In this document: one piece after another, positions 63,410 through 64,000 of the stretch | How positions within the stretch are numbered: position 1 is the stretch's first letter | Layout: each line of letters begins with the position of its first letter | Assembly (NCBI RefSeq): GCF_963921235.1 | Contig: NC_086108.1 | Location: 30,754,001 to 30,818,000 of the forward strand | Origin: Mobula hypostoma | Taxonomy: Eukaryota | Reading direction: 5' to 3' | Length of the DNA: 64,000 nucleotides | The notes under the pieces: model-generated | Seen by the model: the letters and a program-made list of their open reading frames with translations, nothing else | Database searches by the model: none | What the model was told of the DNA's origin: nothing | Program-made: the position numbers and the translations under genes

Positions 63410-63625
63410 TAACAAACAAGAGAAAATCTGTAGGTGCTGGAAATCGAAGCACACAAAATGCTGGAGGAACTCCACAGGTAAGGCAGCATCTATAGAAAAA
63501 AGTAAACAGTTGAGTTTTCAGGCCTGATGAAGGATCCCAGCCTGAAAAGTCAACTGAAGTCAGCTGTTTACTCCTTTCCATAGATGCTGTCTGGCCTGCT
63601 GATTTCCTCCAGCATTTTGTGTGTC
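63410..63625. mobile_element. Penelope-derived palindrome with a hammerhead core at its centre
   Basis: cacacaaaatgctggagga...cagttgagttttcaggc CTGATGA aggatcccagcct GAAA agtcaactg...tcctccagcattttgtgtg. Confidence 0.8.
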
Positions 63626-63639
63626 CTACACATTAATCT

Positions 63640-63912
63640 CATTTTATTTCCCTATATTCCCATCAATTCCTATCACAATCTGTGGGGACAGGGCTGTGTG
63701 TTGGTGGGGCGGGGGGTGGAAGATGGAAATTTATAGCGGTTATTAACCCACCAACTTGCATTTTGCATTGTGCGAAGATATTGAAGCACCTAGAGAAAGC
63801 TCCATACGTTCACAGGAGAAACAGGCAAAGTCTACGCACACAGAATCAGAGGTTAGGACTGAACCTAGTCTATCAGTGCTGAGAGGCAGTCACTCTACAA
63901 GCTACATCACTA
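63640..63912 (-). mobile_element. HE1/V-SINE-like SINE
   Basis: Reverse complement resembles 57270-57690 (tRNA-like head agtgatgtagcttgtagagtg). Confidence 0.6.
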
Positions 63913-64000
63913 TTTTGCCATTTTTAGAGATGGGAGATCAAGTGATAGAATACATTCAACAAAACATAACAACCAGAGACTTGGTTGTAATCTAGACTTC

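Overview
Eukaryotic, repeat-saturated non-coding window. The repeat families (CR1-type LINEs, Rex1/Babar LINEs, Penelope-like elements, HE1/V-SINE-like SINEs, Tc1/mariner MITEs) point to a cartilaginous fish, probably a ray (inference). I found no intact host gene. The main finding is a complete, decayed Ty3/Gypsy LTR element at 42217-46267 (minus strand) with two ~235-bp LTRs, a PPT and a 5-bp CCTAT target-site duplication (TSD). Its RT/RNase H/integrase core is replaced by a ~920-bp intronless fragment of host RBM25 mRNA, and a solo LTR is nested in its gag. Other notable items: a young Penelope GIY-YIG insertion with a 13-bp TSD and a minimal hammerhead ribozyme; about ten short Penelope-derived palindromes, several centred on that ribozyme; a near-intact 4.2-kb CR1; two ~3-kb CR1 copies in inverted orientation; and a fold-back mariner MITE. 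Boundaries of old fragments are approximate (tens of bp). All assignments were made by eye, without database searches.
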